A stretch of DNA of 64,000 bases from Octopus bimaculoides (lineage: Eukaryota). How positions within the stretch are numbered: the stretch's first letter is position 1; each line of letters opens with the position of its first letter. The notes beneath the pieces are model-generated. The model was not told where the DNA came from and searched no databases. It saw only the letters and a program-made list of their open reading frames with translations. The stretch is taken from the NCBI RefSeq assembly GCF_001194135.2, contig NC_068987.1, positions 18,964,188 through 19,028,187 of the forward strand, read 5' to 3'. Positions 11,723 through 24,840 of this stretch are shown here, one piece after another. The position numbers were made by a program, and so were the translations under genes.

Positions 11723-12448
11723 CTGACAGTATACAGTTTCAAACAGCAAATTTTTGTTGTGTAAGTGTGACATATAATGACTATTCAAAACTTCATAAAG
11801 ACCTGAAGCATGGCAAGGTTATTTATCATGTCACTGGGACTCATAAATGACAAAGGACTAAGATCAATGATAATACGATATATAACAGATCTGTCCAATG
11901 CATGGCATGGAAAAATGAACATTAACACAGGTTGACAATGATCTATGGATTACATATACCATTTATTTATTTTCATTAAACTAAATGTTGAGACATGCAA
12001 ATTTACATTCAGCTTAACCATTAAGGTCCAAAGAAATCAAGTCATAAATAAAAGTGTATACAAAGGGATAAATTTCTTTGATGAGATTCATACAGTGAAG
12101 TTCAGTCACATAATGTCCTGTTATAGTATCATAAAATAGTTCATTTTTTTGTTTTAAAAATTATTTGTGATTCTTGCAAAACTTAACAACAGATTCTTTG
12201 TTGTTTAACTTTTTCATTACCATATTTCAGTTGTTTAAATTAATTTTGAAAAATAATGAAGAATTTAGCAAAATAACTAATTATTCAGCTGATGTTTTTA
12301 ACATGGCATTTTGATGGAAGGTTTAAATTTAGATCACTTTAAAACAGCAAGTTTGTTTCAAAGAACCAAGGATGGTCTCAAGGATGTTGGTATTAAAAGA
12401 GTTTAACAACAAATTATTGTTAGATGTATCAACATTATTATTTGGTCA

Positions 12449-12832
12449 GGTGGAGGCGCAATGGCCCAGTGGTTAGGGCAGCGGACTCGCGGTCATAGGA
12501 TCGCGGTTTCAATTCCCAGACCGGGTGTTGTGAGTGTTTGAGTAAAAACACCTAAAAGCTCCACGAGGCTCCAGCAGGGGATGGTGGCGAACCCTGCTGT
12601 ACTCTTCCACCACAACTTTCTCTCACTCTTACTTCCTGTTTCTGTTGTGCCTGTAATTCAAAGGGTCAGCCTTGTCACACTGTGTCACGCTGAATATCCC
12701 CGAGAACTACGTTAAGGGTACACGTGTCTGTGGAGTGCTCAGCCACTTGCACGTTAATATCACGAGCAGGTTGTTCTATTTATCGGAATCAACTGGAACC
12801 CTCGACGTCGTAAGCGACGAAGTGCCAACAAC
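12449..12832 (+). mobile_element. tRNA-headed SINE (family C), full length
   Basis: Head GGAGGCGCAATGGCCCAGTGGTTAGG...GGTTTCAATTCCC; (CAA)n tail; 10-bp TSD TATTTGGTCA at 12439-12448 and 12833-12842. Confidence 0.9.
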
Positions 12833-13380
12833 TATTTGGTCAATTTTAAAGTTCACTTTACAATTACATGGCTCCCAGTTTGATTTCACTGCATTACATC
12901 TTGCTCTAGTAGCTTTTCTTAAGAAACTTTGGCTGACTCAAGCATCAAGAGTGAAACTGTGTAGACTGGAACTGTATGGAAGACTGTGTGATGGACTGTG
13001 CCCGGTCTTAGGTCATCACCAGGTTGGCCTTTAGAAGCCTTTGGTACAGAGTCCACTCTGTTATAAGCATTCACATCATTTTACTGGTACGAATATATCT
13101 TGATATGCTGCTTCCCACTATGGTAACACAAAATTCATGGGTTCTTCATTTCTCCCATTAGTCTAGCTCTTGTAAAAGGTCATGGGTGCAACTCTTTTCC
13201 CCTCCAAAAAAAAAAAAAAAACACAGAAAAAAAGTTACTTAAATCACAGTTGTAAACTTTGTCATCAGTTTGGATATATTTGTGGCTTTATAAAATATTG
13301 TAGGGAGTATTTCATCTAATCCAGCAGTATTTTTTACAGTTGGGAAGTTATTTTGTCATGAATCGCTCATATTTTAGGAT

Positions 13381-13600
13381 ATACTCAGGGTGAATAAATC
13401 AAATGATTGCATTACAAGAATGTTAATTTCTCCACAAACATAGCAGAAATATAGCTTTTCACCAGTTGGAGATATTTCTGTCAATGACTGACAATTTAGC
13501 CACTGATTACATAGGGATAAGTTCCCACCCACCAACTGTCTGTAATCAAGATATTTGTTTTTGACAATGATTTACCAAAAATATGATAATGATATTACAT
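13381..13600 (-). pseudogene. Decayed zinc fingers downstream of ZNF-2
   Basis: On -: YHYHIFGKSLSK... and PTGEKLYFCYVCGE in shifted frames. Confidence 0.6.
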
Positions 13601-13899
13601 CATGGCACAGCCATGATAACCATGTAAAAAGCATACAAAATCTGTTGGATTTCCTTTCATTTCTTTCTGGAGATATCAAAATTCTCACTAAACTTTTGCC
13701 TCCCGATCACCAAGACATTTGTGAAAATGTTGAAAATTAGTTCCTGGAAAGTTTTTGTAAGCCTCAGAGGGAATCCTTTACTTTCTCTCTTTTTCTTTTG
13801 TTGAACTTTCAGACATTCAGGTCAGCTGCCCAGTCATTGCTTCACCTTTACAGATAAATAGCAATTTAGGGACAATAAATCCATATGAATTTAAAAGAT

Positions 13900-14017
13900 A
13901 CCGTTTCAGAGGAAGCATTACCAAAGTAATTGGGTTCAATGATTGGGTTCTTCTCCAGAATGAAGATGTTTGCGTTTGGTTACCTGTAACTATAAAACAA
14001 TGAATTTACCACACAAA
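13900..14017 (-). pseudogene. Dead terminal finger of ZNF-2
   Basis: After a 2-nt deletion the sequence continues CGK...LQVTKRKHLHSGEEP, homologous to the terminal SYxFQVTKH finger of ZNF-3/-6. Confidence 0.7.
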
Positions 14018-15163
14018 TCAGTTATTTGGCTTCTCTTCTGTATGAATTTTTTTGTGTCTCGTTAAATGCTTTTTTTCAGAAAATGATTTGCTGCAGACAT
14101 CACAACTGTATGACTTCTCTCCTGTATTCTGATGAGTATTTGAATGACATCTTTGAGAAAATGATTTATTACATACACTACAATGATATGGTTTCTCTCC
14201 AGTATGAGTATGTACATGTTTCATTAAAGGACTTATTTCAGGAAATAATTCACTACATACATCACACTGATACGGTGTCTCTTCTGTGTGGATACGTATA
14301 TGTGTTGCTAATATGTTTCTATGAGAGAATGATTCGTCACAGATATCACACTGATATGGCTTCTCTTCTATATGAATACAATTGTGTTTGGTTATTTGGT
14401 TCATGTCAAGGAAGAATTTACCACAAATATCACAGCGATATGGTCCTTCTTCAGCATGAATAAGCTGGTGTCTATTTAAGGCAGTTTTCTGAGAAAATGA
14501 TCGATCACATATATCACAGTGAAATGGCTTCTCACCTGTGTGAACACGTTTGTGTCTAGTCAAGCCGCTTCTTTGAGGAAATGCTTTATCACAGATATCA
14601 CACTGAAACGGTTTCTCTCCAGTATGAATACGTGTGTGATGGGTTATTTGGCTGACACAAGTGAATGATTTGCCACATATATCACAGTGATACGGCTTCT
14701 TTTCTTTATGAATATACTTGTGTGTATTTAAATTACTTTTTTGTGAGAAACGTCTGAAGCATATATCACATTGATATGGTTTCTCTCCAGTATGAATAAG
14801 TACGTGTTTAGTTAAATTATTTCTTTCAGAGAATGATTTACCACAAATATCACAATGATATGGCTTTTCTCCTCCATGGATGTATTTGTGTGTAGATAAG
14901 TGACATTTTCGGGAGAAAGATTTACCACAGATATCACAGTGATACGTCTTTTCATCTGTATGAATATGTTTGTGTCGAGTTAAGCTTCCCCTCCGAGAGA
15001 AAGTTTTTCCACAGACTTCACAGAGAGACGCATTTTCTCGCATATGATTAAATTTATGTGCTGTTAAAACTCTTTTCTGAGAGAAAGTTTGACCACAGAT
15101 ATCACAAGGATATCGACTCTCTCCTGTTGGAATACGTTTATGTTGAGATATCAAACTGCTCAT
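14018..15163 (-). CDS. Multi-C2H2 zinc-finger protein (ZNF-2), 381 aa, 13 fingers (12th lacks the final His)
   Basis: ORF track; TGEKP-linked fingers; the stop arises from a frameshift in the ancestral last finger. Confidence 0.9.
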   Translation of the reverse strand: MSSLISQHKRIPTGESRYPCDICGQTFSQKRVLTAHKFNHMRENASLCEVCGKTFSRRGSLTRHKHIHTDEKTYHCDICGKSFSRKCHLSTHKYIHGGEKPYHCDICGKSFSERNNLTKHVLIHTGEKPYQCDICFRRFSQKSNLNTHKYIHKEKKPYHCDICGKSFTCVSQITHHTRIHTGEKPFQCDICDKAFPQRSGLTRHKRVHTGEKPFHCDICDRSFSQKTALNRHQLIHAEEGPYRCDICGKFFLDMNQITKHNCIHIEEKPYQCDICDESFSHRNILATHIRIHTEETPYQCDVCSELFPEISPLMKHVHTHTGEKPYHCSVCNKSFSQRCHSNTHQNTGEKSYSCDVCSKSFSEKKHLTRHKKIHTEEKPNN

Positions 15164-15310
15164 TGTGAATCTTTTATTACAAATATTGTAATTATGAAGA
15201 ATTGATCCTCCTTTGGTTTACATTCAATTAATTTATTTCCAATTATGGATGACTTTATATTGATATCAGCAGTATCATTACGTAGGTCTTCTTCAATCTC
15301 TGATCACTAA
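15164..15310 (-). pseudogene. Frameshifted N-terminal fingers upstream of the ZNF-2 ATG
   Basis: On -: DINIKSSIIGNKLIE / GGSILHNYNICNKRFT-M, homologous to the ZNF-5 N-terminus [15 protein letters not shown] / [17 protein letters not shown]. Confidence 0.65.
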
Positions 15311-15927
15311 AACCAATATTTTATGGCTTTTTATGCAATATTTTTCCTTCAAATCTTCACATTTTCACCACACAGCAGCAACAACAACAACAAAATAATT
15401 TTCGTTCTTTCCTGCCAACAGCCAATAACAAGATGGCTTATAAGTGAACAATCATTCCTGAGATAATTATTCCAAGAGATGTAATTAGGATAGAATTCTG
15501 TCTTGCAATGAAAAATCAGGAAGTTTAAAAAAAAAACACAAAAAATAGTTCCACTTATCACATAGATTCTATATGAAAATTCCCATCAAGAAACCGAATG
15601 TATATTTATGGTAAATTAGTTTAAGGTTTATATACAAAATCATTAAGAGGATGTGTTGAAAAATGGAGGTCAAATCTCAAATACTGTGATACAAAGTACT
15701 GAAGAAATTCCCAAATAAATAGTGATATATGCTGTATCCCAACAAACCTATGGCAGTTTGATAAAATGGACATTAAAATATAAAGGATGATGATGAATTT
15801 AATCCAGGATTTGAATGAACAGCTTTATACGAGATCTTCATAAAAACCACTGTTTCTTCTTCAATTAAGAATAATTATGTTGATGTATCTTAAGTGAAAT
15901 CTTCATGTTCATAATACCACTTGATAT

Positions 15928-15945
15928 CCTAAAATAAAAAAAACA
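15928..15945 (-). other. Candidate splice acceptor of the ZNF-2 coding exon
   Basis: On -: TTTTTTTATTTTAG|GATATC. Confidence 0.55.
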
Positions 15946-16262
15946 GTATATTAAAAGAGTGTTTGATATTAACTTGAATATTATAAAATAAAATACAAGA
16001 TTACTCCATAAAAGTATGTTCTACTAAGTCTCATAAACAAGCTGCACTAATTCAATTTGCAATTATTTGATTGATAGAAATTACTAACGAAGAAGCCCCC
16101 AATGATGCAATTTGATTGGTGGAGAACTAATTCTCAAAATCTAAATGCAGATAGATCTTTCCAAATTATTGCAATATACAAACACCAATATCATCTCATA
16201 AACAGCAAGAATATATTTTTACTAACATTATGTCTAGAATATTTACAAAAAGAGATCGATAG

Positions 16263-16367
16263 AATAAGTACTAGGCTTACAAAGAATAAGTCCTGGGGTC
16301 GATTTGCTTGACTAAAGGCGGTGCTCCAGCATGGCCGCAGTCAAATGACTGAAACAAGCAAAAGAGT
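16263..16367 (+). mobile_element. SINE family B 3' fragment
   Basis: GAATAAGTACTAGGCTTACAAAGAATAAGTCCTGGGGTCG..CAGTCAAATGACTGAAACAAG. Confidence 0.8.
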
Positions 16368-17496
16368 ATGTATAAACAACTAACATTTGTTTTATAAGTG
16401 TCGGAATGTGTATCGTATACAAGATGATATTTTTTCTGGATGCAGAAATGCCATTAGAACAACAAGAAATACTGGGTAAATTACCTTTACAAATCAGAAA
16501 AATTTGTCTGCATTCGGAAAAAATATTTTCTTATTTGTATCATACAACAATTATTTATCTGAACAACTTAATTTTATTTTTCAATTGGTTATTTAATCCT
16601 AGTGACTTCTAACAAGAAATATAATGTTAGTGAATTACATTTCACTGCAACATTTTGTTGATGATTTACTTTGACAGCTCACTAAGCAAAAGCACTACAA
16701 CATAATGTTGATTCATTTTCCAAAGAACTTTTGGATTCACCATCACTCTGAAAAACACTTAATTTCTGCTTCTGCCACCTCTAGGAACTCCCAACTATCT
16801 CCCACTAATCAGCGTTAAGGACAGAGAGAGCAGTACAAAACTTTATCTATGATACCACGAGAGGCAAAGACAGTGGGGATAACCAGTCCAAAGCAAGTAA
16901 CTCCTTCTGTCGCTTCACCACTTCAAAAAATTGATAATTCTGAGTGAAGAGCCTTAATGAGATATATTTGTACCATTACTCAAACATAAAGGAGAAAAAA
17001 TGCAATATCATATGCAGATGAACAGATGAAAATAAAATTCAATATTACAAATTTTAAGCACTCATCTACCAACCCTCTAACACATTACTGTTCAGATACA
17101 AAGACCCAGGACGATTGCTGTCTCAGATTTAGAATATGAGAGACCTGGTAATCATATGTGACCTAGTAAGTAATCTTATGTGATATGTGAAAGACTTGGT
17201 GATTACAAATAAATAATCTGATGGTCCGACATCCAGAAGATTGGCTTTGTGCAGTGACTGAAATAATGAGAGAGATTGAAAGTTTTAAGACTCTACTCCT
17301 TTCAGCAAAGAAAATAATAATATGCAGTGGTTTACTAGGGGAAGTCAAAAATTATCTGCACTTTCACCAAAACTTTCTTTAGGTTGGCTACACTGCCTTC
17401 AGTGCTCGCATCTAAAAGGTGGTACTCTTATGATTATATAACTGAGGTTTGACCTTGATCACTCCAGTTTTCTTTCTTGTATTACAGAATAAACCT

Positions 17497-18250
17497 GGTT
17501 GCTCCACTGGCAGTGTGCACCAAGGAAGAAGAGAAATCAGTGTTCTAATTTCTTTGATCTGAAGGTATGTCAGGGACTGAAATTCATTGCAGGCTTTCAG
17601 GACAATATGGGGAGAACATTCTACTGTGTAAAAGTGTGTATAAGAGGATCAAGAAGTTTTTAAATGGCTGGACAAGCATGAAGCAGAAAGAGGGAACAGG
17701 ATGCCCATCAACCTCCACCACTAAAATGAAGATTCAACAAGTTTGAAAGATGGTTCTGGCAAACAGCAAGTGACCATCGATGAGGTTCTCTGCAAATTAG
17801 TCATGGTTTTGTATATGAAATCATCCACGACAAGCTTCGCTTTTGTAAAGTCTGTTTAAGATGGGTGCCAAGAGAGCTTACCCAAGTGCTTAAATGCAAT
17901 CAAGTAGAGATTTGTCAATGCTTACTAAACCAATGCAACAATGAAAGGTGAAGCTTTTTGGGAGAGAACAGTCACAGGAGATGAGGCCTGAGTCCATCAC
18001 TTTGAGCCAGAATCTAAAAGGCAAGAATTGCCAGCAAAGAAGAAATTGAAGACTCAACTTTCTGCAAAAAAAAATGATGCTCTTTTTTGAGATACAAAAG
18101 AGCTATACTGGGACATTACTTGGAAAAGGAGTTTATAGTCACAAGTGAAAACAGCAAATTGCACCAAATGCTGTTGTAAAAGCAAGGGTTATTGTTGCAT
18201 GGTAATGCATGCTCACACCATTAAAAAATGGGTTTTGAGTTGCCCCGAAA
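17497..18250 (+). mobile_element. Decayed mariner transposase
   Basis: Broken frames give CTKEE.., WVPRELT, TGDEA*VHHFEPESKRQ and GLLLHGNA (cf. mariner WVPxxL, TGDExW, LLHDNA motifs). Confidence 0.85.
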
Positions 18251-18399
18251 TATTGAATACAATATTCATATATTTGTTTTGTGATTTACCTTGCATTTAC
18301 TTTGCATTGTTTTGGCCTTACCCACAATCCTTTGTACAATATATACTACACAATGCTTCACAGTAATTATTCCATACATACACGTGTGTGTGTGTGTGT

Positions 18400-18577
18400 G
18401 GAGGCGCAATGGCCCAGTGGTTAGGGCAGCGGATTTGCGGTCGTAGGATAGCGGTTTCGATTCCCAGACCGGGCATTGTGAATGTTTATTGAGCGAAAAC
18501 ACCTGAAGTTCCACAAGGCTCTGGCAGGGGAATGGTGGCAAACCCTGCTGTACTCTTTCACCACAACTTTCTCTCAC
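18400..18577 (+). mobile_element. SINE family C, 5' part ending at a gap
   Basis: Same head and body as 12449. Confidence 0.85.
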
Positions 18578-18587
18578 NNNNNNNNNN

Positions 18588-18623
<36 letters not shown>

Positions 18624-18902
18624 CATACATACACAAGTGAGTAGACAAACAAAAGGGCACTCTACACATTTAATGGGGGTTATATAGATATATTTCAAAT
18701 TTAATAAATTATTATTACCATTATTAAATATAATAATAATAAAGTGGCCAGCAAGCTTAACCTAAATAGGCGAAATATAAACAAATAAACAATGGTACCA
18801 AAATACCAGCTTGCTAGAACACTGCATTAACTGTGCATGTTTATTTATAGTGAGAGGTTTGTGGCTTCGGGGTGTTGACTCCTATTTCTAGGAGTGTGTG
18901 TG

Positions 18903-18940
<38 letters not shown>

Positions 18941-19027
18941 TGTTTATAGTATCAGCTTAAGAGCTGCGGCCATGCTGATGCACCGCCGTGATATATATGT
19001 ATGTATATTTATATATATATATTTTTT

Positions 19028-19060
<33 letters not shown>

Positions 19061-19063
<3 letters not shown>

Positions 19064-19487
19064 TTCTTTTATTCTTTTACCTGTTTCAGTTATTTGACTA
19101 CGGCCATACTNNNNNNNNNNTTCTTTTATTCTTTTACCTGTTTCAGTTATTTGACTACGGCCATACTGGAGCACCACCTTTAGTCAAACAAATCAACTCC
19201 AGGACTTATTCTTTGTAAGCCTAGCACTTATTCTGTTGGTCTCTTGACCGAACTGCTAAGTTGCAGGGACGTAAACACACCAACATCAGTTGTCAAGCGG
19301 TGATGGGGGGACAAACTCAGACACACAAATATATATATATATATACACGATGGGCTTCTTTCAGTTTCTATCTACCAAATCTACTCACAAGGCTTTGGCC
19401 GGCCCGAGGCTACCCAAGGTGCCACACAGTGGGACTGAACCCAGAACCATGTGGTTGGTAAGCAAGCTTCTTACCACAGCCACTCCT
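19061..19487 (-). mobile_element. SINE family B
   Basis: Aligns with 26493-26874. Confidence 0.82.
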
Positions 19488-19778
19488 ATCATCCTCATTT
19501 AATGTCCATTTCCCATGCTAGTATGGACTGGACAGTTTGACAGGAGCTGATAAGTTGGAGAACTGCACCAGGCTATGTTTGTTTTGACATGGAGTTGAAC
19601 AATTTTCAATAATTCATCTCATAAATGAATGATCAAATAAAATATGATTGCTTTGTACCTAGAATAATTTCTATTATTTACTTGAAAATTAAAAAAAAAA
19701 GAAAGAATCCCAGTATTTTAAAGCAACGAAAAGTTATTAGTTGATTAAATTCTATTAAATACTTCAAAACAACAGAAC

Positions 19779-20125
19779 NNNNNNNNNNNNNNNNNNNNNN
19801 NNNNNNNNNNNNNNNNNNNNNNNNNNNNNNNNNNNNNNNNNNNNNNNNNNNNNNNNNNNNNNNNNNNNNNNNNNNNNNNNNNNNNNNNNNNNNNNNNNNN
19901 NNNNNNNNNNNNNNNNNNNNNNNNNNNNNNNNNNNNNNNNNNNNNNNNNNNNNNNNNNNNNNNNNNNNNNNNNNNNNNNNNNNNNNNNNNNNNNNNNNNN
20001 NNNNNNNNNNNNNNNNNNNNNNNNNNNNNNNNNNNNNNNNNNNNNNNNNNNNNNNNNNNNNNNNNNNNNNNNNNNNNNNNNNNNNNNNNNNNNNNNNNNN
20101 NNNNNNNNNNNNNNNNNNNNNNNNN
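19779..20125. other. Assembly gap; others at 18578-18587, 19111-19120, 23692-24085, 27694-27806, 32343-32515, 46501-46653, 59412-59421, 60316-60910
   Basis: N runs. Confidence 0.99.
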
Positions 20126-20893
20126 ATCCCAATTTATGATGCTTAAAATATACACATCCGAAGAAATCACGGCTTTTGACGCACAAGATAATTCCAATTA
20201 TAATCTTCAAGAACACTTATTTTGTCCCATTACAAAAAAAAAAAAAAATATTGATACCGAAATGCGGTAAAGTACCTAAGAAAAAAAAAACAAAAACGGC
20301 AACAATTTCCAAAACTTATTTTGTGGAAACCATACGTCTATTTGATGGGAAACTGCCACACCCTATTTTCAATAAAAGATTCAATTAATAAAACCTGTTT
20401 AGGAGAAAAACAAATTTATTCCTATAGGAAAAAAAAAAAGAAAAAGGAAAAACAAAACAAAAACAACACCACTACGTTTTAGTTTGAATGTGGTAATTAA
20501 CAGTTGTTTTATAAAGTAAGAATTTTAATTAAAAGACACCTTATATATATCGAGGATAACCAGAATTTTGTTCATGGAACCAACCCAGTTGGAGAAAATC
20601 AGTCTAAGACAAACGAACCGGTCGCAGCACAACGCTAAGAAAAAATTCTTCCGCCGGCCGCCAAAGAAAATATATAAAAAAATTAAAACCCATCTGAATA
20701 AAAGGCCTGACTAATCCAACCAAAATTCATATAGATTCCCCAATTTCTTTAATTCTTAGCATTTTCGGCTAATTTCATTGTGTAAGAATAAACAGACGTT
20801 GTAGAAACACTTGAATAGACTAATAAACATTGATATACATGTATGTTAATAAAACTGACATACATATATGTAGATATTAGATGTATATATATA

Positions 20894-21182
20894 ATACTTA
20901 CAAATCAATATAAGTGCGAATATATATATGGCAGATGTCCTAATAAGGTCGGATTCAGTCTGCGAGAACAAACTAAGACCTCACCACACAACTTCCCGAT
21001 CTTAAAAAATGTTTATAAACAACAAAATCTCGAAGTAAACACGATCAATGGCTTTGTGATGCCAATTACTACAGATCTCGACAGAAGTCTTATCTCACAT
21101 ATGATAACCTTGTCATAAAAGAGGAAGCGTTGGAGAATAGCTATGAAAATAAAGGCAAAAATATATGAGGGGAACTAACTCT
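20894..21182 (-). promoter_or_regulatory. Promoter/first-exon module M2a (ZNF-2)
   Basis: ATACTTACAAATCAAT (donor at 20901); AGGGGAACTAACTCT at 21168-21182; followed by a GA repeat. Confidence 0.7.
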
Positions 21183-21959
21183 TTCTTTATGTAATAGAGA
21201 GAGAGTAGGAGGAGAGTAGACAATAGAGATATTTGGCAAAATCAGATTAAAATAGTCATTGAGTTTTCCTATCCTCACCGCATCTAATATTAATTAGATT
21301 CTCCGCCTCACAACATTAAAATGCGAGCCTTGTACTTGGTTTATGAGATTTGTTTTGGCTTAATGGAATATCAATTTGTTTATGGGAGTATTTTTTGTAA
21401 TGATTTAATACATAATATTCATTTCATATTGAAATAGTACTTTCCTTTCTTCACCAGATAAGTATTAATAATTAATTTGATTCCACCCCCTCACTCATTA
21501 CATTAAACAGCAGGCATGACAAAGTATTAATTTGTTCACTGAATATTTTACATTTACATTTTATGAGTGGGGTTGTTCAATATTTTTAACAATAAAGTTT
21601 ATATAAAGGTTGAAAAAATAAAGCTAATTATTCAGTTTCTTAGTTTAAAGTTTAAATAAAAGGTTTTGTTCATTTCTTTTCTCCAACAGTCATTTTCTCA
21701 CTTCTAAACCCAATCACTACTAAACCATATCCATCTCTGCACTTGTTAAGCCTTCCGACCCTCTGCTTTGCTTCATTGCAGAACTCTTCAACACAGAATC
21801 ACATCCTACACTACACCAACCGTATTTGACCCAATGGCATTTGAACTCAGTGACTGGTTAGAGTTCTATGAGTTTCATGCCACTTATCCCTGGTATCACA
21901 TATTTCACTTTTGAGCCATCAAAAACAGTTAGGTGGGTGACTGAAACTATCCTTTAGGG

Positions 21960-22266
21960 CAGTGGTCCCTGACTATTGGGCTGCAGACTAGTGCCAGGCC
22001 ATGGATCACTTGGTACCAAAATGCACAGAAAGAATAAATTTTCCAATTTTTGTTTCTATTTTATTGACTATCACAATCTTCAGGGTGTTTTATTTTGAAA
22101 AATTACTACTTCCACTTCCATCTATGACTCTTGCCCCCACTTGTCTTAAGTTACATTTTTTTTTTCATACACCAATAATTTTTTTCTTATGCACGATATC
22201 CTTGTCTGTGGAAAAATAGTCTTGCATGAAACGGGTCTATAGTGCAAAAAAGGTTAGGGATTGCTG
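21960..22266. mobile_element. hAT-like MITE
   Basis: CAGTGGTCCC...GGGATTGCTG termini; 8-bp TSD CTTTAGGG/CTTTAAGG (7/8) with central TA. Confidence 0.65.
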
Positions 22267-22369
22267 CTTTAAGGTATACCCAGTCACATCCTATACACAA
22301 TAAAATCTCAAAGTCCCAAGCCCACATAATAGTTTACTCTTAGCTTTGCTATATCTGTTTGAGCAGAAA

Positions 22370-23445
22370 ACAAGGCATCCAATGCCTGGAGTCTTCCCCA
22401 TTCCTCCAAACTGGGAGACATTCATCCAGCAGCACAATTCCTTTAAGACTATTATCTGGTGTACAAAAGATGCCATCAAGCTTTCCCACTTTCCAAACTA
22501 GAACTAATCCTTCGGTTTCTTGTCAAAAGAATCTTGACCATCTTTGCAGAGTCCTCTTTTCCTCACCTTCTAAACAATAACGGCTCTGCAAACACGACTC
22601 CAATGGAAAAAGTTTCTTTCACCTCCTGGACCAGTAGCTTCCCAACTGATCACATCATCATGGCATGTGTTGAAAGAGCTCTTTCTATTCCATTCTCAAT
22701 CAACTCTGGTGTTCCTCAGAGTTTAGTTTTATCTTTCACTTCCTTCTTAATACGCATCAATAACCTATTTTCTGATACATCTAACAATGCTAATGACACA
22801 ATTCATAATTTCCTAATTCCCCAACCATTACATCATTTGTAAGCAACTGAGACACCACATATCAAGTCTGCACAGAGAAGTTGAGAGAATTGACCATGCC
22901 ACCCTGGTTTCATTTAATAGCAAAAAAAAAAAATGACTAAGATACCAATATCAAGAAAACTCCACATTTCCACAAAACACAAATGGCATTCAATTGGAGC
23001 CCTTAAAAAAGGTAAAGACCCCCCTTCGTCATGAATGACCATGGGATTACACCTAGAAAGTTCCCCTCTGAAGCACATGTCTGAACAAGCCTGTTTATAA
23101 CCAGCAACCACCCATGTCGTCCCTCTCCACACCACCAATGTTATTGAAGGGAAAAGCAAAGACTGATACAGCTTGGCACCAGTGATGCTACAACTCATTT
23201 CTACAGCTGAGTGAACTGGAGCAATGTGAAACAAAGTGTCTTGCTCAAGAACACAATATACAGCCCAGTCCAGGAATCAAACTCACTAACTTATGATTGT
23301 GAGCCTGACACTCTAACCACCGAACCATGTGCCTTCACTGCTGGGTGAATGTTTCTTCAGTGGGAGCCCTTACAACCACTCCAAATGCTGGGCTTCAGTT
23401 TCACCAAGCATCTCTCCTGGATGCAGCACATCCTTAGCACAGCAT
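22370..23445 (+). mobile_element. CR1/L2-like LINE RT remnant interrupted by a SINE (22995-23338)
   Basis: NAGVFPIP, INSGVPQSLVLS..FLI.INNL, and LG.SFTKHLSW..HI after the SINE. Confidence 0.7.
22995..23338 (-). mobile_element. tRNA-headed SINE (family E); second copy at ~36500-36730
   Basis: On -: GTGGTTAGAGTG...GTTTGATTCCTGG head; TTGAGCAAGACACTT..CACATTGCTCCAG central domain. Confidence 0.72.
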
Positions 23446-24840
23446 GGACTATATCCCCCAAAAAACTGGCTCTTTACAAAAAAACGTCCATAGGGTGGTC
23501 CTATCACCCAGTCTAGTTATTTGTTGAGCATACTTTTTCCAGAAAAATGGATATTTTTTTGAAATTTTCTACAAATATGCTTCAAATAATGTAGATTCTG
23601 ATTACAACAGAATCTATAGAGGAAAAAAAAAATTTTCTAGGGGGTGGTAGGGGAGAGGAGTTTCAGAAAAGTCACGAGTCGACTTTGTTTCNNNNNNNNN
23701 NNNNNNNNNNNNNNNNNNNNNNNNNNNNNNNNNNNNNNNNNNNNNNNNNNNNNNNNNNNNNNNNNNNNNNNNNNNNNNNNNNNNNNNNNNNNNNNNNNNN
23801 NNNNNNNNNNNNNNNNNNNNNNNNNNNNNNNNNNNNNNNNNNNNNNNNNNNNNNNNNNNNNNNNNNNNNNNNNNNNNNNNNNNNNNNNNNNNNNNNNNNN
23901 NNNNNNNNNNNNNNNNNNNNNNNNNNNNNNNNNNNNNNNNNNNNNNNNNNNNNNNNNNNNNNNNNNNNNNNNNNNNNNNNNNNNNNNNNNNNNNNNNNNN
24001 NNNNNNNNNNNNNNNNNNNNNNNNNNNNNNNNNNNNNNNNNNNNNNNNNNNNNNNNNNNNNNNNNNNNNNNNNNNNNNNNNNNNNGGTCAACTGTCTTTC
24101 ATCCTTTCGGAGTCAATCAAAATAAAGTACCAATCCAAGGTGGTGGATTAATAAAACTAAAAAACGTGGATCCGGATACCTTGCGGTATTGTTCCGGTTC
24201 TTTGCATTCTGATTTCAAATCCCACTATGACAGACTTAACCCGTCGCCCGGTTTAATACCATCATTTGGCACCTTGGTTTATCTTTAGGTGATCCACTTT
24301 GTTGCAAGTATTCGGACCAGGCCTCTAGTTTGAGATCCTCTACTCCTACCAATCGCAGAGACCCTGTAACGCATCAGGGGCACTGCCTTTCTTCCTGACT
24401 AAAAAAAAAAAGATAAAACAAAAAGAATTTAATTATTCGTTTCGCTTGCCCAGGAATTATAGAAATGTTCACTGAATAATTAACATCATAATAGAAAATC
24501 GAAATATAAACTGAGACTGGAACAAGTATCAAAGAATGAATGATGGCACCAAAAGACAGACAAGCCGGTCAATGCACAGCGTCAAGTAAAATTCTTCCGC
24601 CGGTCGCTGCACAACATCAATAAAACAAATTCTTCCGCCGCACCCCCCTCCACCCGAAAAGAGAGAAAGAAAACTCATCTTATATTCCTAACTAATCCAA
24701 CTAAACAAAAGCTTTAATCTCAGATAAAATTTGCTCTTTATTTATTTATTCTCTTTCATTTAACTTCTTTGTGAAATGCAACTTGTAAAACGAAACATAG
24801 TTACACTATTAAATGGACTATAAGCATTGATATATTAATC

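Noticed and set aside
12449-12530. tRNA-like sequences with A and B boxes (also 18400, 27620, 29500, 48930, 26800, 23270)
   Set aside because: They are SINE heads: no complete cloverleaf, and they continue into SINE bodies with tails and TSDs.
19066-19170. Apparent 45-bp tandem duplication around a 10-N gap
   Set aside because: Typical unmerged contig overlap in a SINE next to an AT microsatellite.
20894-20910. ATACTTAC matches the 5' end of U1 snRNA
   Set aside because: The match stops after 8 nt; it is the complement of a GTAAGTAT splice donor on the other strand.
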